DNA from: Octopus bimaculoides
Lineage: Eukaryota
Assembly: GCF_001194135.2 (NCBI RefSeq)
Contig: NC_068988.1
Coordinates: 37,754,396-37,795,926, forward strand
Direction of reading: 5' to 3'
Length of the DNA stretch: 41,531 nt
The notes beneath the pieces were generated by a model, which was not told where the DNA came from, did no database searches, and worked only from the letters and a program-made list of their open reading frames with translations. Of the stretch, positions 1 through 11,729 are shown piece by piece. The translations under genes were made by a program, and so were the position numbers. The first letter of the stretch is position 1; each line of letters starts with the position of its first letter.

Positions 1-207
1 GTGGCCGTTTTCGTGCCGGTGACACGTAAAAGCACCCACTACACTCTCTGAGTGGTTGGCGTTAGGAAGGGCATCCAGCTGTAGAAACTCTGCCAAATTA
101 GATTGGAGCCTGGTGTTGCCATCCGGTTTCACCAGTCCTGAGTCAAATCGTCCAACCCATGCTAGCATGGAAGGCGGACGTTAAACAATGATGATGATGA
201 TGATGAT
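1..207 (+). mobile_element. RTE LINE 3' end with (GAT)n tail
   Basis: About 6 mismatches over about 187 nt, by eye, against the 3' UTR of the copy ending at 28433, so a young family. Confidence 0.85.
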
Positions 208-3200
208 ATATATATATATTTATATTTATATGACAGGCTTCTTACAGTTTCCGTCCACCAAATCCACTTACAACCTTTTGGTCACCCGAGACTATAATGA
301 AAGATACTTGCCCAAGGTGCTATGCACTGGGACTGAACCTGGAACCATGTGGTTGCCACAAGTGATAGCTTCTCTCTACAAGATAGCATGAAACTAATTC
401 ATGACAGATTTACTAGTAACATTATTTTAGCAAATACCAAAATATGATTCTTTTTCCTTTCTTTTTACTTGGCTCATAAAATTAGTTGGTAACTGGACAC
501 ACAAATTCCATATAACTCAATAAATTATCTGCAGACAGAGTATCGTTAGTAATTTGATATCAGGAGCTTCATAAAATAATTTAAATATCTCTGAGTTTTA
601 AAATGTTTTAAAAACACAACTGGCTGTTTGAGTTAGATTGGTCATACACTTTCAGCAGAGTTTTGTATACACAGCTGAAACCATTTCAGCTAAATTACAC
701 AGTGAAACATGTTATAATTCTATTGAGTTATATTATAAGATGTTTTAATATCAGTTTACTTGCTTCCCATATGTAGACAGTTTTATATAAGTCTTCTTTT
801 ATATTTTATGTTTTTGATATTTTAGATATGTTTTAATAGTGATACTACAGACTGACATAGATGAACATACACACACAAACACCCTCACACACACACAAAT
901 ACTCTGACACAGACATGTTAACATTAACATCACACACACACTTGTGTATATGCAGACATATACACATATACATACACTTGTGTACATAGACACATATATG
1001 CATGTGCACACACACACACACACATTAAAGCATATAACAAACTATTCATTAAAATTAAGCTCTTAAAACAACAAGATGTTAATTCTGTTAGAATCTTGCT
1101 TAATGAAACTATTAATAAAAATCCCAGACAAGCATGTCTCAAGTGATCACGTAGAACACAGCCCTCTTCTCCCCCACACCTTCAGTGATTATACGGAGGC
1201 TCCCTTGTTAGCTTGTAGCTCTCTAAGTACATACCACAGGTCAAGTAACCCACATAATGAGCCATTAAATATGATTTTACCTCATTAATGTCAGTCATAA
1301 TTAAAGTTTTTTTGTTGTGTGTTTTATTTTTTTGCCTCCAAGCTGTTCTTAACCTTTAGTGTTTACATTACTCTGTCAAATGTAATGCTTATTTATTCAC
1401 ATTGTTTTCAATTAATCATGCGTTATCTTGTAGTTTTGAGATTTTGGCAATGTGATTGTTTATTTTTACATTGACATTATAGGGTATGTGTAGGAGTCTG
1501 GATCTGGTCAGTTTGAATATAAAACAGGCAAAATATTTGGGCTATATATAGCCAGTTTAAATGATAAAGAGCTAAAGAGTGGATTGGATTGTTATACAAC
1601 AAAACTTCATATATTGTTGTTGCTCTGATTTAGCAGAATTATGATGAAAGCTCTTACAGCCATGACCAGTCTGTTTTTATTAGTGTATCTATGACTACAT
1701 CATCCAATGTGTCATCCTTTTTTCTTTTTTCTTTTTTGGTGTGATTTGAGAGAGATTTGTCCGATATTTCTAGCAGTTTGAGTAGGTTTTAGTCTGATTG
1801 AGGTTGAGTTAGAGCTGTAATAACAACAAACATTAAAATCAGCAAGAGAGTATGTGGAGCTGAGCTGCAGGTTGCCACACACTAAAGATTGGCACTCAAA
1901 AAGGTGCCTATTTATAGACCTTATTAGGAGAATTTTCTAGAAGCTCCTAGCATGATCTATCACATGATGTCTCTGTTCACTTGACCAAGCTGTTGCTGTG
2001 CTGTGATTTTAACTTGGGAATTTGTCAACTCAGGTTCGAGTCTTGTAATACCTGTATCATCCATTCAGATTACAAAGCCTTGTGGGTGGATTTGGTAGAT
2101 GGAAGCTAAAAGAAGCCCATTGTATATCTATGTATGTGTGAGTAGTATGTATGTGTGTGTCTCCATGTCTTGACATTGTGTGACGGCTGTAAATTAATAT
2201 TACTGTCACACAAGCAGTGTCATTCACTTCCAATATTCTACCAGAACACGTCTGGTCATGGAGGAATATTATCTTGTTTGGAAACAAGTAGGGGTTAGTG
2301 ACAGGAAAGGCATCCAGCTATAGAAAACCTGACTCACTGAACTCTGACCCATTCAAGCATGGAAAAAAAGTGGTCATTAAATGATTATGATTCCCGTAAA
2401 GTCATCTCTTCTGCATACTTCAACCAAATGTTTTTGATTCTCTGTAATTTTCTTGTAAATTAATGATTTCAAATCTTGGCATTAAGCCATAAATTTTTAG
2501 TGGAGTGGGGCAATTCAATTACATTGATCCCACTGCTCAAATAGTACTTATTTTATTGGCTCTGAAAGGATAAAAGACAAAGCTGACTTCAACACTATTT
2601 AAACTCAGAATGTAAAGAGTCAGAAGATATGCCACTAAGCATTTTGTCCCATCTAGTAACAATTCTTAGCAGACCTTAGGGTTTCAAATTTTGGCACAAG
2701 GCCATCATTTTTTTTTTCTGTGGGGGTGGGAATAGGGGGTATAAGTTGATTATATTGACCCCAGTTCTTGGTTGGTACTTATTTTATTGATCTCATAAGG
2801 ATGAATAGCACAGTCAATCTTAGAAGAATTTGAACTCAAATTGTAAAGAGCTGGAAGAAATACTACTAAGCATTTTGTCTGATGCACTGATGCTTGTGTC
2901 AGCTTACCACCTTTTCCTTGTAAACTGATACTGCATACTCATCATCCAACATTATGCTTGACTTCTCCTTCTAACTGCTCTTAATTCCTCCATATACATT
3001 ATTACATTTATCATGCATGCCTTGTTTAGTTTTCTTTCAAATGATCAATCAGACTTACAGCACACAGTGAAGTTTATGAGTTTGGATAAGTTTGTATATT
3101 GTAAGGAGAAGAATGTGGCATCTTGGGAAAGACTTTTTGTCTGGGTGAGAAAAGTATTTTCTGCTGAAGGGTCAGTGCTGAAATACAAGCTCCTCTTTTT

Positions 3201-3831
3201 CTTTCTTCCTGCCTTCCTTCCTTCCTTTCTTTCTTTCTTATCCAAGATAAAAACTCTGCCCTTTTACTCACCTTAGCAGCATTATAGGCCCCTGAGCAAA
3301 TCAACACATAGGGCTCTTAAGCCTGCGAGGCCCCCAGGTAACTACCCAGTCTGCCCATGGCTTAAGATAGCACTGCCCTTAACAATTTAACAATGTTCAG
3401 ATGATAGAGCCTATGAGGGAGTTTCTGTAGAGCTGTTTTGTCAGTGTTACAGACTAAAATGTTCTTCAATAAGTACCCTATCATTCTGAAATTAGGGATC
3501 ACCTGTTTGTAGCATCAAAATCTTAGGACACTATTACTGATCAAAATTAGGCCATCCATCAAACTGAAGATGACCTTTTGGTAACCCAATCAAGTATTTG
3601 TTGAACATTGATAGAACGTTTCATTTGATTAGCTATCTCCATATCATAAGGCTGGTTAAGTAGAGATGATAAAGATGTTACAGCAACAACAACAACAATA
3701 ACATCATGTGAACTGTACTGGATCAAATATCTCGCTCTTCATGAAAAATATTGACAGTTCTAAAGTGAAGTTCTTTTTGATAAAGTTACCACTTCTAAAT
3801 AAATTCTTCTAAAGTACAATATCTTGTTGAT

Positions 3832-4041
3832 TTAACCATTTAGCATTCAGATTATTTTGTCTAATGTAATGCTTGAATTCATCATGCATTATCTTGTAGC
3901 TTTGAGATTTTGATGATATGATTGCTTATTTTTGGAATGACATTGTAGGACAGATGTAAGAGGCCAGATCTGGCCAGTTTGAATATAAAACAGGTAGAAT
4001 ATTTTATCCAGATATGACTAGTTTAAATGCTGAAGGGTTAA
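3832..4041 (+). mobile_element. piggyBac-like MITE (about 210-225 bp), representative copy
   Basis: The family has TTAA-CCCTTTAG...CTAAAGGG-TTAA ends. Other copies: 1349-1575, 11113-11569 (interrupted), 25139-25347, 25393-25574, 25839-26058, 29041-29264, 33501-33667 (truncated) and 37062-37266. Confidence 0.8.
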
Positions 4042-4429
4042 TAAATGACAATACTAAACATTTTTTTTTCCTCATTCTGATACTGAAAATAATTTGTTAT
4101 CATCAAAGATTGGTAAAGTCAATAGATCAGCCTGCCATTTTGTACAAAAATCATATCTCTTCAAAAGATACTGTTTTGTCTCTGTTATCCAAACAAGGAA
4201 GGCAGGGAGCATTTTGTTTGGTCTAAACATAATCACTTACAAAAACAAAGGAAGCCTACTAACAAACATTTTGAGCTGTTCAATCGATAAAACGTTCACA
4301 GACACTGGATATTGCTTAACAATTCGTAATATTTGACAAACAGAATCACATAATGTCTTTGTAATTATAAAATATGCATTTATATGTATTTGTACAAGGA
4401 GTTCACAGAGATCATTCAAAATGTTAAGT

Positions 4430-4910
4430 TCATGTAAATAAAATTAATTGAGGTGGTGGTTGATCATTATCTTGCAAAGAAAATATCCAGTTGCTGTTAG
4501 TTAGTTCAGGTGCTTGTTCCTTATATTTTACTAGCTGTAACATTTGACTAAGCGGTATCAACTTAACATTGACTTCCTCTTGTTCAACATGCCACTCCAT
4601 GAACAGTTTCAAACTGTCAGCAGCTTTGCTAATGGGCACTGGAGGAGGAGTCAGTATGTCATTCCTCTTTATATCCTTAGCATCTGTACTTTCCCAGACT
4701 TCCATCGACTTTCTTTTTTAATGCATTTAAGGTGGCTGAGTATTTCCCAGTCACCAGTCAAGGCTGTCTTGATGTTGAACACTGTTGATTTTTCTAATAC
4801 TGGGCTCTTATGAAATCTTTGTTTTTTCTCCACACTCCAGATACTGTAAAATCTTGCTTTTTCTGTTCAATTGGCAGTGGTGTTCACTTTCTTTTCATTG
4901 ACATAGTAAC
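4430..4910 (-). mobile_element. Possible internally deleted pogo/Tigger-like transposase relic
   Basis: On -, MSMKRK*TPLPIEQKKQ resembles a CENP-B/Tigger N-terminus and ..TPPPVPISKAADSLKLFMEWHVEQEE.. resembles a Tigger C-terminus. No TIRs identified. Confidence 0.4.
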
Positions 4911-5270
4911 AGCAACAAACTTAGTTACTTCTAACAGATATGTACTCAAAATAAAGTTCTGCATTTATGTGTTGAAATTATTTTAACGATTAAAAGTAAC
5001 TGACTGAAATGAAACTAATAAACCAACCAGACAAATATTGGAGGCAGCTATCAGGTTAGCAAGACCATGAATCTGCACATGTTGGCAGAACAACATACCC
5101 TGTGGCTACAGGAACCTACGTGTGAATGACAATCCTGGCTGCTGTGACTTCATTTGAAGGTGCTATTCAAAAGTTTTGTCCTGATGTTTTTTTTTTTCCT
5201 TCAGACCAATACATAGTACTTTTAATAACAGTAAACAAAAGATATGATCATTACACTACTACAGATATCT

Positions 5271-6069
5271 CGGATCTTTTTTAAAACGGGGGCCACATTT
5301 TTCATTAACGNNNNNNNNNNNNNNNNNNNNNNNNNNNNNNNNNNNNNNNNNNNNNNNNNNNNNNNNNNNNNNNNNNNNNNNNNNNNNNNNNNNNNNNNNN
5401 NNNNNNNNNNNNNNNNNNNNNNNNNNNNNNNNNNNNNNNNNNNNNNNNNNNNNNNNNNNNNNNNNNNNNNNNNNNNNNNNNNNNNNNNNNNNNNNNNNNN
5501 NNNNNNNNNNNNNNNNNNNNNNNNNNNNNNNNNNNNNNNNNNNNNNNNNNNNNNNNNNNNNNNNNNNNNNNNNNNNNNNNNNNNNNNNNNNNNNNNNNNN
5601 NNNNNNNNNNNNNNNNNNNNNNNNNNNNNNNNNNNNNNNNNNNNNNNNNNNNNNNNNNNNNNNNNNNNNNNNNNNNNNNNNNNNNNNNNNNNNNNNNNNN
5701 NNNNNNNNNNNNNNNNNNNNNNNNNNNNNNNNNNNNNNNNNNNNNNNNNNNNNNNNNNNNNNNNNNNNNNNNNNNNNNNNNNNNNNNNNNNNNNNNNNNN
5801 NNNNNNNNNNNNNNNNNNNNNNNNNNNNNNNNNNNNNNNNNNNNNNNNNNNNNNNNNNNNNNNNNNNNNNNNNNNNNNNNNNNNNNNNNNNNNNNNNNNN
5901 NNNNNNNNNNNNNNNNNNNNNNNNNNNNNNNNNNNNNNNNNNNNNNNNNNNNNNNNNNNNNNNNNNNNNNNNNNNNNNNNNNNNNNNNNNNNNNNNNNNN
6001 NNNNNNNNNNNNNNNNNNNNNNNNNAAAACATTAATGAAAAATATGGCCCCCGTTTTAAAAAAGATCCG
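5271..6069. repeat. 38-bp inverted repeat (37/38 match) flanking a 715-nt assembly gap
   Basis: 5271-5308 CGGATCTTTTTTAAAACGGGGGCCACATTTTTCATTAA versus the reverse complement of 6032-6069. Confidence 0.85.
5311..6025. other. Assembly gap (715 N); further gaps at 9287-9296, 14456-14465 and 27913-28112
   Basis: N runs in the sequence. Confidence 1.
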
Positions 6070-7181
6070 ATATCTCTTTGATGTAATATTTTTGGCATGT
6101 TTTTTTTTGCTTTTTTTTATATTTGTTTCAGTCATTTGACTGTGGCTATGCTGGAGCACCACCTTTAGTTGAATAAATCAACCCCAGGATTTATTCTTTG
6201 TAAGCCTAGTACTTATTCTATCAGTCACGTTTGCCAAACCACTAGGTTACAGGGACGTAAACACACCAACATCGGTTTGTCAAGTGATGGTGGGTGGGGG
6301 ACAAATACAGACACAGAGACACAAATATATATTTACACACACATATATACACGATGGGCTTCTTCCAGTTTCTATCTACCAAATCCACTCTCAGGGCTTT
6401 CGTCAGCCTGAGGCTATAGTAGAAGACACTTACCCAAGGTGCCATGCAGTGGGACTGAACCCGGAACCATGTGGTTGGTAAGCAAGCTACTTAGCACACA
6501 GCCACTCCTGCACCTATGTTCTTCAGTAATTTAAATTATTGGTTTCAAACTTTGTCACAAGGCCAGCAACTTCAAGGGAAGGGTTACTTAACTGGTATTT
6601 ATTTTATCAACTGCAAAAAGTAAAGTCACCCTCAGTAGAGCCACAAGAAATGCCATTAAGCATTATGTCTGATGCACTATCAATTTTGCAAGCTTGCTGC
6701 CCAAGTAATTTGAATTATTATGAACAGAATATAAACTGCTAGTATTATTCTTGAGATGGAGCTACACAGTTTGATTAAGGAAATATTCACAGTCCTTTGA
6801 GATCTCATCTTGATAGTCATTCAGATTATTTTGTGGTTACCATTTGACATACAGTATTGCATTTATTTTTGGATGGTAATATACAATATTTTCTCATATA
6901 TAAGTTACATCCATAATTTAGTGCTAAATCTTGGTGCAAAATGTTCTCCCTTTATAGTTTTAGTTTTAGTCCATGTATAAGTTGTATCCCAGTCTTTTTG
7001 TTTTTTTTCTCAGTAGTTAAAATCAAGAATAAAATATTCAGACTTATTATAGAAGTAGATGCTGTACATTGGCTAAAGATATGCTTGCACTTGCACATTC
7101 AATTGCACCACTTAATAAGTCTGATGCTTTTTTATCAGTCTCTTTTTGTAAAACTGTTAAGTTATTGGAACACAAACAAGC

Positions 7182-7570
7182 CCACACGTATACTCAGCCA
7201 GTGGTCAGAAATCAGATAAAAGATGACTCGTCTGAGAAAATAACATTCTTCCACTGCTCTAGGGACCAATTCTGTAGGTTTTTACTCCACTCTAATCACT
7301 TTGCAACATTTGTTTTTGAAAGCAGTAGTTTTCTGATTGCAGTCTTCCCATGAAATCTGGTTTTGTGCAGCACTCGACGAACAATTTTTGTGGGAACTGG
7401 GTTCTCAAGGTGGTCATTAGCCTCTGCAGAAATTTTGGGAGCTGTACTTTTGTGATCCTTTCTAACAATTTGCATAAGAGTCCAATGGCCTCTATCTGAA
7501 AGTTTTGATTTTCTACCGGAGTTTTATTTCAATGAGGAGGTTTTCCCTCTTTCTCAAAGGCTGTCATTAC
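7182..7570 (-). mobile_element. Tc1-family transposase fossil (HTH and start of DDE domain)
   Basis: On -: ..NSGRKSKLSDRGHWTLMQIVRKDHKSTAPKIS..PVPTKIVRRVLHKTRFHGKTAIRKLLLSKTNVAK*LEWSKNLQNWSLEQWKNVIFSDESSF. WxxVIFSDES is the Tc1 first-Asp motif. Confidence 0.85.
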
Positions 7571-7578
7571 ACATATAT

Positions 7579-7649
<71 letters not shown>

Positions 7650-9855
7650 TATATATACACACATATATACAAACACACATACACACACGCACACACATAT
7701 ATAAAATGAAGGAAAAATGATTCCTTCAAAGGGTTATAAAACATCCAATTCACAGTTGAATACCACAAAAAATAGGGGTATAAATACAAATTACAAATAA
7801 TAAATTAGAGAAATATGATTGACAATCTAACAATTTATTACATTATAATATAATATAATATACAACAGTATAATATAATATAAATGTAAGATAAGGTAAG
7901 GTAATATAATCATGTAATTTACGCAATTTTCTTGCAAAAATTAAAATAAACGTTAGCAGGTGCATAAATTACATGAGTAGATTGTTTCCAGAATTTTTTT
8001 TGAAATTTTTTTTGTTGAAAAAAGACATACAAAACATAAACATCCGTACTGGAAGTTGACTCATTTAATGTCAGAATAGATTTTCAGAGAAGAAAATAAT
8101 GGCTTAAACATAATGAAGTTGACTTTTATTTATGCTAGACGGTATAATGCTTACTTTTTCTGTATAAATTTACTAAAACCACTTAATGGTTAACTACTTT
8201 TTGAAGTCTGACATTCATGCTGGTAAACACAGTCTGGGCCATATTTTACATTGCTTGCTTGGAGTTTCTACCTATTGCAATGGGGCACCATTGACATACA
8301 TAATGATATGGATATTCCTGACTGAAAAAAAATGTAATGATATGGATAATCTTGATTGTATTCTTTCATTTTTTTTTTTTTTATTACTGTTTACTCCAAT
8401 TTCAAACATTGGCTTCATTAACATTAAAATGCCTTCTGCCAGCTTTATTGTTACGTTCAAATGCATATTCAACATATTTAATTTCTCCTTCACAGTAAAC
8501 GACTCATAAGTTCTGCCCATAGTGGTGATAACAGTAATGACAAATTTTTTAGTTTGGTTGACATTTTATAAGTGTGAAAGGGATTAAAATTTCGATACTC
8601 TGATCAAAGGGTCCAACAAACAGAAAAGAATTCTGTTTACATAATTAGTTTGATCGGTCACCTTCCTCTGTCAGTTGAGTAAAGTGTCATCCAAGCTGAT
8701 GTTTATTGGTAATTAAACTTAATTTGCAACACCTGTGCGCATTTATCAGCTTTATTTTTGTTGATAATTCTTATCAACAACTTTTCCTGTGATCGTGAAT
8801 TGAGAAGACATACAACAATATGCTAAAGACATAATCTTTTGAGGGTAAGAAATGTAAAATAAAGTTTATTATAAACAACACAAACACTTTATAATTTGAT
8901 AACTTTCAATGTGTGATACCTGTCAAACAGAAATTATTTTTATTTCATGAAAATTTAAAAAAATCTAATCATAAGTAAGTTAAATCATGCTAAAATACAA
9001 CTAAACTGAAAATCTTTTTCCCTGGCCATATCAGCAATTCTGAAAACTTTTGGGTGTGAATTTTACATGAGTAGAAGCTTTTTTTAACAAATTTTATCTT
9101 GAAAATCTACTGTGTAAATTACACAGATGCGCAAATTACATGGGTTTTTACGGTATTCTTTTATTCTTTTACTTGTTTCAGTCATTTGACTGCGGCCATG
9201 CTGGAGCACTGCCTTTAGTCGAGCAAATCGACCCCAAGACTTTTTCTTTTGCCGAACCATTAATTTACAGGGATGTAAACACACCANNNNNNNNNNGACA
9301 CACAAACATATACATATATACGATGGGCTTCTTTCAGTTTCCATCTACCAAATCCACTCACAAGGCTTTGGTCGGCCTGAGGCTATAGTAGAAGACACTT
9401 GCCCAAGGTGCCACCCAGTGGGACTGAACCTAGAATCATGTGGTTGGTAAGCAAGCTCCAGGGCCTTGGTTCAAAAAGATAGGCAAAATTCCATGTAAAA
9501 GGACTGCCAGATTACACAATACTGTTTCAAAATACCCATGTTTGGTAGCATGAGAGTTAACAATTGAATTGTTAATGCTGGTGATGGTTGGTAACAGGAA
9601 GGGTATCCAGCCATAGAATATCGACTTAAACAAATTCTGTCCAACTCATAGAAGCATGGAAAAGTGAACATTTAAATGATGATAAAATATATTCATTTTT
9701 TTTTCATAAAGTCAAATATATTAAGGATACTTTTGCGCTATCTGTGTTTGGGCATGTAAATTTTGACTTTGTTTCAACGACCACTTCTTTCCTTTAAAGT
9801 ACTGTTATCCTCTCACCATGCATACACTAAAGTACTTTTGTTCCTTTTATTTCAG

Positions 9856-10435
9856 TACAAGTTGGGAATTCCAAGAACTAACCAGCAATAAACAGCCAAT
9901 GATTAGTGACTGCGACGGTTGTTATTATCCATGGTATGGTGCTCGAGATGAAACGGTTGTTTTTCATTGCCCTTCATTAAAAACACAGGAAACTACACTA
10001 GTAATGAATGACAATTTCCATCCACATGTAACGTGGCGAAATCCAGCCAATGAAAACCAAATAGAACCAAATCTCACCAATATCATTCGCAACCAAAGTT
10101 TCTATGTTTGGTTACTTGCATGGAACATGACTACAGGAAAATCTTACATCCTGATGAACATATACTGGACTATGAACTTAGAAATTGTTGTTGACCCACA
10201 CAAGAAGCTTGGCGAACGCGCCATGTTAGTCAGCCCTCAATTCCCAGAACAGCCTATTATCCTCAAAGAGAAAATACCAATACCTCGTTGTGCTCTTTCC
10301 CCACCGAATGCAAACAGTGCCCAGAGACTGGTGTGGAACCCAAAACGGGGTCGGCCTGTTGTGATTATCCCCCCTGTATGGAACAGTAAAAAATCGGCAG
10401 AGAGTCAGATACAAAAACATGACAGTAAATTATGA
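9856..10435 (+). CDS. FAM78: FAM78-family protein (FAM78A/B-like), last coding exon; upstream exon(s) not found in the window
   Basis: Acceptor ttccttttatttcag ends at 9855. The exon reads (x)TSWEFQELTSNKQPMISDCDGCYYPWYG...MNDNFHPHVTW...LTNIIRNQSFYVWL...PNANSAQRLVWNPKRGRPVVIIPP...KL* with TGA at 10433-10435. These motifs match human FAM78A as I recall it (SSWELPDL, ISDSDGVNYPWYG, MNDNFYPSVTW, LTNIYRDQSF, PNANDAQVLMWRPK). The track's ATG at 9818 is intronic. Confidence 0.9.
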
Positions 10436-10454
10436 TGAACTGCTGATTATATAA

Positions 10455-10484
10455 TTACATACATACATAACTTACATTCATACA

Positions 10485-10518
<34 letters not shown>

Positions 10519-10586
10519 AATACACATATACATAAAAACATATGTATATATATAGAGAGAGAGACATATACATACATTCATATATT

Positions 10587-10619
<33 letters not shown>

Positions 10620-10714
10620 TTTACTATAAATATTTTAAGCATTCCAAAAGTTTAAACTCAAAAATATTTACTCATAATTTTTTAAACAATATTTTCACAG
10701 ACACAGACACACAC

Positions 10715-10761
<47 letters not shown>

Positions 10762-10800
10762 ATATATATATATATATATACATATATATATAAAATATTC
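10455..10800. repeat. (TA)n/(CA)n microsatellite cluster in the probable FAM78 3' UTR
   Basis: Long TA and TG runs directly after the stop codon. A similar compound microsatellite lies at 7571-7703. Confidence 0.85.
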
Positions 10801-11220
10801 GTATAAAATTTTTTTTTTTAATGAGTCATATCTGTATGTATGTGTATAGATAAAACATACAACAGGCTCTGTTTAAGTTGAATGTGAATGTATATATAAT
10901 ATTAACACACGGTAACAGAATTTAAAAGCTGCAATTCTGTGAGGAAATAACAAAGACATAATGAATAAAGCCACACAATTGTTATCATCTAAACTATCCA
11001 GGTCATTTGATATCTAAATGTACAAGAAATGATAAAAAGCATTCGGGTACATTTTTGCAGGAATAAAAAATATTTTTAAGATATATTTAATTGGTTTTGT
11101 TACCACCACCTATTAACTATTTGTCATTCAGATTACTCTGTCAAATATAATGCTTATTTAGTCAAAATGTTTTGAATTAATTCATACATTATTTTGTAAC
11201 TTCAAGATTTCAGTGATGTG

Positions 11221-11460
11221 GTTCTATATTTAAGAGACGGGGAATTATGTACATTATTTACATTTGACGGATATTTGTCTTCATTTCGGCTGATATACCC
11301 TCCAGCCTTCATCAGGTGTCTTGGGGAAATTTCAAACCTGGGTTCTCATTCTTAAGGTATTATTATTATTATTATTATTATTCAGGTCACTGCCTGGAAT
11401 CAAACTCAGAATCTTGGGGTTAGTAGCCCACGCTCTTAACCACTACGCCATATGCCTGTG
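11221..11460 (-). mobile_element. tRNA-headed SINE-like element with hammerhead motif, copy 1 (ribozyme 3' half deleted)
   Basis: On -: A box TGGCGTAGTGG (11450-11440), B box GAGTTTGATTCC (11407-11396), (AAT)n spacer, then GACAC CTGATGA AGGCTG..CAGCC GAAA. Inserted into a piggyBac-like MITE; TGTGGTT occurs at both junctions. Confidence 0.8.
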
Positions 11461-11729
11461 GTTGTTTATTTTTAGAATGACATTGTAGGATCAGTGTGAG
11501 AAGCCAGATCTGGCCAATCTGAATATAAATTCAGGTAGGATATGGCTGATTTAAATGCTAAAGGAATAAGGAACTTTCAGCTTTTTTTTAAATATTACTT
11601 TGGGTTTTAATGGTCATATAAATTTAAATATTTATAAAAATGATGTAAGTGCTCATTTTGTAGGATTTGCTTTGACCATTCTTATATTGTCATTGAATAT
11701 CATTATAATAGAATTTCATCATCATAAGC

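Noticed and set aside
799-1142. MCVCV/YIYI-type ORFs (also at 7505-7789, 14148-14345, 20987-21169 and others)
   Set aside because: They are translations of (CA)n and (TA)n microsatellites.
5244-6162. Three long ORFs of 263-285 aa
   Set aside because: They are artefacts of translating through the 715-N gap.
9818-9855. ATG start of the FAM78 ORF given in the track
   Set aside because: It lies upstream of a strong acceptor at 9855, and homology begins at TSWE, so the segment is intronic.
11390-11460. tRNA-like sequences (also about 13585-13665, 14701-14775 and other SINE heads)
   Set aside because: They have A and B boxes but no intact cloverleaf, and they continue into SINE bodies, so they are not tRNA genes.
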